A stretch of DNA of 64,000 nt. Source: Octopus vulgaris (Eukaryota). Positions 58,195 to 64,000 of the stretch are shown piece after piece. The notes beneath the pieces were generated by a model. It was not told the DNA's origin. It saw only the letters and a list, made by a program, of their open reading frames with translations, and did not search any database. Position 1 is the stretch's first letter. The number at the start of each line of letters is the position of its first letter. The translations under genes were made by a program, and so were the position numbers. The DNA lies in the NCBI GenBank assembly GCA_951406725.2, contig OX597814.1, positions 47,926,001 to 47,990,000 of the forward strand, given 5' to 3'.

Positions 58195-58621
58195 GGCGCA
58201 GGAGTGGCTGTGTGGTAAGTAGCTTGCTAACCAACCACATGGTTCCGGGTTCAGTCCCACTGCGTCGCATCTTGGGCAAGTGTCTTCTGCTATGGCCCCG
58301 GGCCAACCAATGCCTTGTGAGTGGATTTGGTAGACGGAAACTGAAAGAAGCCTGTCGTATATATATATATATATATGTGTATATGTATGTATGTATGTAT
58401 ATGTGTTTGTGTGTCTGTGTTTGTACCCCTAGCATTGCTTGACAGCTGATGCTGGTGTGTTTACGTCCCCGTCACTTAGCGGTTCGGCAACAGAGACCGA
58501 TAGAATAAGTACTGGGCTTACAAAGAATAAGTCCCGGGGTCGAGTTGCTCGACTAAAGGCGGTGCTCCAGCATGGCCGCAGTCAAATGACTGAAACATGT
58601 AAAAGAGTAAAAGAGTAAGAG
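58195..58621 (+). mobile_element. SINE family A, full-length reference copy, nested in a family G repeat
   Basis: GGCGCAGGAGTGGCTGTGTGGTAAG head, GGTTCAGTCCC B-box, internal microsatellite, tail GGCGGTGCTCCAGCATGGCCGCAGTCAAATGACTGAAAC + (AAAAGAGT)n. Confidence 0.93.
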
Positions 58622-58634
58622 TATATCTTAGACT

Positions 58635-58671
<37 letters not shown>

Positions 58672-59116
58672 TAGTATGTTCTACCTTTCAGTATATTGCA
58701 CCTTTTTTTGAAAAAAAACAAATGTGATTCGGGATATTTGGTTACTATTTCTGAGTAGTGTAGCGACCATGTAGAGGCTCCTTTATGTAACCCTCCTCTG
58801 CCTTCTCCTCTTTTGATCCCACTTTTCCACTTTTTTTACATGGACAATTTTTAAATAATGATGAAAATAGTAGAGAGAATATCTGTCATCAGGATCATGG
58901 CCACCATTGAAATTATTAAAATATTTATTATTTTTGTTGTATATATCATGATGCATCAGATTTTGAGCAATTAGCCTGATAAACTTGTTAGTCAGTGCTT
59001 TTCCTTAAGGACAAAAAACATTTATCAAGATGATCCATTTGAGAGCTAAAAAAGGGATATTGTACATATACTTGCTTCTTAGTATAAAATTCACCGTGAT
59101 TATAACAGCAATAATA

Positions 59117-60012
59117 CGAGGTGATATCAAAAAGTTCCAGACTAGTTTTGTAGCATACTAACAGATAGCAGCACACGATTGTGTTGTGAATGAGAGTTAG
59201 CAGTGACCTTCATGAGGCAGTGTGCTGAGTAACATTGCTGTGCTTACTTCGCAAGTTGTGAAATTCGTGTTTTTGTCATCACATGTATGCTGTAGTCTGT
59301 GATTTTGACATAGACAAGAAGAAAGAACCAATGTGAAATTTTGTGTTAAACTTGGGAAGTCTGCTGCAGAGACATTGAGTATGCTTCAGCAGGCTTGCAA
59401 CGATGAGGCAACGGATCATACACAATATTTTGAGTGGCAAAGGTGCTTCAAAAGCAGAAGAATGTCCCCAGAAGACCTGCCATGAGTGTCACCCCTGAAA
59501 ATGTGGTGTTGTGTATTGAGAATTCATCCCCCAGGGCCAGGCTGTCTATTGAGAGTTCTACTGTTTTGAAGCATTTGAAGGAGGACACTTGGCAAAAGCA
59601 ACCAGATCTTTGGAGTGTGAAGAATTGGATTCTTCATGATGACAATGCACCCTGTCACTGAGCTCTCCTCACTCATAAGTTTCTTGCCAAAAACAACATG
59701 ATTTTGCTTCCGCACCCACCCTATTCACCACATTTAGCACCTGTGTACTTCCACCTCTTCCCCAAGATGAAAACGCAGCTCAGAGGTCACCATTTTAACA
59801 CTGTAGTCAAGATCCAGAGTGAATCACAGAAGGTCCTTGACTCACTTACAGAAAACGACTTCCAGGCCAGATTCCAAAAGTGGCAGGAATGCTGGGACCA
59901 GTGTATTTCTGTGCAAGGTAACTATTTCAAAGGAGATGATGTTAAAACTTAGGTAAATAAGTTATTTTTTTATTAAACATAGCTAGTCTGGGAACTTTTC
60001 GATACTACCTCA
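59117..60012 (+). mobile_element. Mariner DNA transposon, deleted derivative
   Basis: TA-flanked TIRs CGAGGTGATATCAAAAAGTTCC / GGAACTTTTCGATACTACCTCA. NVKFCVKLGKSAAETL, WILHDDNAPCH, HPPYSPHLAPVYFHLFPKMK motifs. Confidence 0.93.
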
Positions 60013-60711
60013 TAAGTTAGTAAATAAATTTTGTCCCTTCATTTTTAATATTTGATATTTCCACTATTTTAAAGTAATCAGTATTATATATTAGACATTT
60101 TTCATTCTTCTTTTGATAGTAAAAAGATAAACATTTTAGTATTAAATAAACTTTCATCTTAGCACAACTTAATTATTGTTGTTCTTGATGTTGCTTGTTA
60201 ACACTAGATTAGCCCTGCTTCAGCAGTCTTGTTTCAAAAGGTATGTTAGCTATGAGCATTCTATCTTTATTTAAATAGATAATGTATCTAGAACTACATT
60301 ATCTGATATGTTTGTCGTTTTCAGATAGTAAGTTTGGGAAAGATTTAGCTGCTATTTCTAGCAGGTCGAGTGGCCATGAAAAGCTCCTCCATTGGTTCAA
60401 CATAATGATTAACTTTATTGCTTTGGTGAAACAAATTAAATCTGCTGCTGATATTAATTAGATTGTTTTGTCAGATTTTTTTTAGAATTATATTTAAGAA
60501 TATCATGATGATGATGATGATTTAAGAATACTCATTTTAATTCTACCATCATAACAACACATTATTAGCACCATTTTTATTTTTCCAAACAAAGTCAAGA
60601 TCATTTTCAAAATATTATTAACATTATGAAAAGCAAAACCTTTATAACTGCCATTGTTATACTAGTTTTAAATTATCTGCTTGCCTTTGAAATATTAGTA
60701 TTATAAATGTA

Positions 60712-61075
60712 GGTGCAGACATCATTGTGTGATAAGAAGTTTGCTTCCCAACCACATGGTCCCAGGTTCAGTACCACTACATGGCACCTTGGGCAAGTGT
60801 CTTCTACTTAGCCCCAGCCAACCAAAATCTTATGAGTGGATTTGGTAGATGGAAATTGAAAGATGTGTGTGTGTTTGCATTTATCCCCTACCATTGCCTG
60901 ACAGTTGGTATTGGTTTTTGTTCCTGTAACTTAGCAGTTTATCAAAAAGATACTAATAGAATAAATACCAGGCTTAAATAATAAGTACTGTGGTCAATTT
61001 CTTTGACTAAACCCCTCAAGGTGATACTTCACTTCAGCATAGCCACAGTTCAATGACTGAAAAATGTAAAAGATG
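60712..61075 (+). mobile_element. SINE family A (older copy)
   Basis: Diverged full-length homologue ending cagttcaatgactgaaaaatgtaaaaga. Confidence 0.82.
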
Positions 61076-62262
61076 CTATTGAAAACTGCATCTTTGAATT
61101 CACTTGTATCACATTCTTGGCAATTACATCTGTTAATTCTCCTTCAGGTTTTACTTAAACTAATTAAATTTAAAAAAAAAATCATAATATGGAGAGGTGA
61201 GAGATGTCAAATGTCTCAAGTAATCATTTTGAAATTGTATGAGAAAAAATAATTATATTGATTTTTGTATCAGACCTTCACAGGCCTCTGATCTATATTT
61301 GTTCATTTTCTTGTTCATCCTTAGATACACAAAGAATTAAGTTTAGAAAGAAGGAATCTAAAAAATCTAATAAAAAATTTTAGAATTTAAAGGAAGAACT
61401 AGCTTGGTTCTATATAGACTGAATAATTTTTTTTTTAAATGTCTTAGTAAAAAATTCTTTCAATGTTGATTTTTGCTGTAAAATAAATGCTTTATTGTAA
61501 AATGGCACTCCCAATGAGATTGAAACTGGCTTGTTAAATTTATGAAGTACCCTCAAGCATTTTGGTTATTTTCATTTCAAGATAACTATGAATGAATAGA
61601 GTTGATTAGTGTGACACCAATGACAGCGTTCAGGCATTCTGTCTAAACGTGTATGTTATGGGAAAGCACTACAGGATATTACAATTTCTTTTAATGTTGT
61701 TTCAATAGTTGGTGCATTCCAACTATTGAGCTACCTTCAGCCAATTACTTGATACTTATTAGCTTTAGCATTAGCATTTAGAGTTGATTTGTATATACAT
61801 ACATGCATACACGTGCACACACACACACACACACACAATTATCTTCATGAAATTTAAGAGTTCTATTTCATTAAAATATTTTCTTTCAGTAAATTTTATT
61901 TTCTATTACACACACACACACACACAGTGTATGCTTCTATGTATGTGTATGCTTATGTGTGTTTATGTATGTGTATATCATCATTATTTTAGCATCCACT
62001 TAGCCATGCTTGCATTGATCACATAGAATTTCATTGAGACAAATTTTTCTATGGATGCCTTTCCTGTCAGCCACCTTCATCTCTGTTACCAAGTAACATA
62101 GTATTTTCTCTTAGACATTTGTGGAAAAAGTATAAATGAGTGACATGACACCACTTGTATGAAGGTGATGGTTATTCCCCCAACTATAATATTATGTCAA
62201 GACAAGGAGGCACATACACATATGCATGTATGTGTGTGTTTGTGTCTCTTTCTCTTGACATC

Positions 62263-62267
<5 letters not shown>

Positions 62268-62328
<61 letters not shown>

Positions 62329-62495
62329 CATGACAAGTTTCTTTCAGTCTCTGTCCACCAAATTAATCCACAAGGCTTTGGTCAGCCCTTGGGTATAGTA
62401 GAAGACACTTGTCCATGATGTCATGCATCAAGATTGAATCTTCTACCATGTGGTTTGAAAATGGGCTTCTTACCCTTATAGACATGCCTGTGCCT
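62268..62495 (-). mobile_element. SINE family A 5' half with expanded (TA)n
   Basis: tttctttcagt..cacaaggctttggtcagccc..agaagacacttg homology. Confidence 0.75.
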
Positions 62496-62760
62496 GATCA
62501 TCTTTACATCCAAAGTTTCCATGCTGTCATAGGTTGGACGAGATTTATTGAGGCAGTATTTCTTCAGCTGGATGCTTTTCCTGGTGCCAACCCTTATTTT
62601 TTGACTAGGGTCTTTTTATCCTACCGGTTTTCATGTTGAAGCCACTGAGCTACAGGATGTATTGTTTACTGGAAATAAATTCAAAACATCCCCATTGCCC
62701 AAAGAAATATCATTCCAGAAGAAAAACACGCGCATGCAAAACTGTAAACATCTATGTGTG

Positions 62761-62815
<55 letters not shown>

Positions 62816-64000
62816 ACATGCATTTACATATGTATGTATCTAACCTTATCAGTTATTTTGCTTATTTATCTTGATCTTATATTTTTTCTCTTTCTTATTT
62901 TTAATATCATATTTTATACTATTCTCTTGTTACTTTATCTTTTAGTAGAAGATATGCTCTGTCTGATGCAATTTTTATCTACAATACTTGTGTCTTGTTA
63001 TCTTGTGTATCATAGTTAATTTCTTGTGGCAGTGATTTTGGTTGACTTGCTCCAAAGCAAATGAATTAAATGCAATTAGCTTTTGAAAATAGCAAATATA
63101 TTTTGTATTCCATGGCATTAATTTCACCTAATATCAAAGAAATATTGATGAAAGAGAAAGCACTTCAGATCTGGGTAGAATATCTAAACTAAATGTTCCT
63201 TCATGTATGCAAATGCAAAATAAAGTTTCTTAAAAATGCCTAGATTAAAGACAGAAATAAACCATATGAGGTTGTTTGCTGACCTAAATATGAAAAAATA
63301 ACTGTGTAGCTTGGATGATGTGTGGAGGGGTTGTCAAATACATAAGGACAAAAATGACTTATTTGTTGACATACTCACATCAGAGAAAAATCAGCTTACT
63401 GAAAAAAAATCTACTTTTCTGTTATGTACTTCTGTTTGTAGAAGAAAAATAAACTTGATGTATATAATGGATTAATATATACAACAACACGGATTTCCTT
63501 GGATTCTGGATCTTACATATGTAGTATTTGTTTAAACGTAGTTTCAATTTTTATTCCTTCATTATCATTGAAAATCTATCTGTAATTATTTACTTATATT
63601 ATTAAGTAAGTTAGCAGCTGGCAGCTGAAAGGATAGCTGGAAGTAACCGGCTTACATTGAATGAATAATCTTGGTGTATACACAAACTTCCCAACACTTG
63701 GATATTTATTTTAATCATAGGATTGGCAGTAAATATTAATCTCTTGGGAGTTGTAATCACAGCGGATCTATGTGGGATTAGGATGTATAACTTAATTTTA
63801 TACAGTGTTTAAATGTGTAATCTTTGTCATAGTGACATCTTTCATTGAGGAAACACAAGATTATATTAATGTATATGTGTGCATGCACATGCGTATAGCT
63901 TGATGCAAGCATAACTATGTGGTCAAGAATTTCACTTAGCAACCCCACAATTTTTGCTTCTGATTTCGTGTGTGACACCATGGGTATGTGTCTTCTACAA

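Overview
Eukaryotic, AT-rich, microsatellite- and SINE-dense genomic DNA. The repeat repertoire strongly suggests a coleoid cephalopod (octopus-like); this is inference from recalled repeat families, not a database result. The only host gene I can support is the first coding exon (22315-22782, +) of a ZNRF3/RNF43-type transmembrane RING E3 ligase (Wnt-receptor antagonist). It encodes a signal peptide and the start of the PA ectodomain, carrying an unusual ~70-aa Pro/Gly/Asn-rich insertion. It is preceded by two uORFs and followed by an intron that seems to run past the end of the window (>41 kb). Everything else is decayed mobile DNA: two hAT elements, a Chapaev3-type CMC element, three mariners, Helitron pieces, a foldback element, CR1-group LINE remnants, Penelope-type terminal fragments with hammerhead-ribozyme cores, and several modular tRNA-derived SINE families. 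Main second-look items: (i) the ZNRF3-like exon insertion, candidate exitron and stop-start uORF; (ii) a LINE and a SINE family sharing a 3' tail with a covarying hairpin; (iii) hammerhead-bearing Penelope fragments; (iv) a CpG-rich to CpG-poor transition near 33 kb consistent with gene-body methylation; (v) inverted repeats in the intron that could be ADAR substrates. Repeat boundaries were read by eye and are approximate unless a TIR/TSD is quoted. SINE family letters (A-G) are my own labels.
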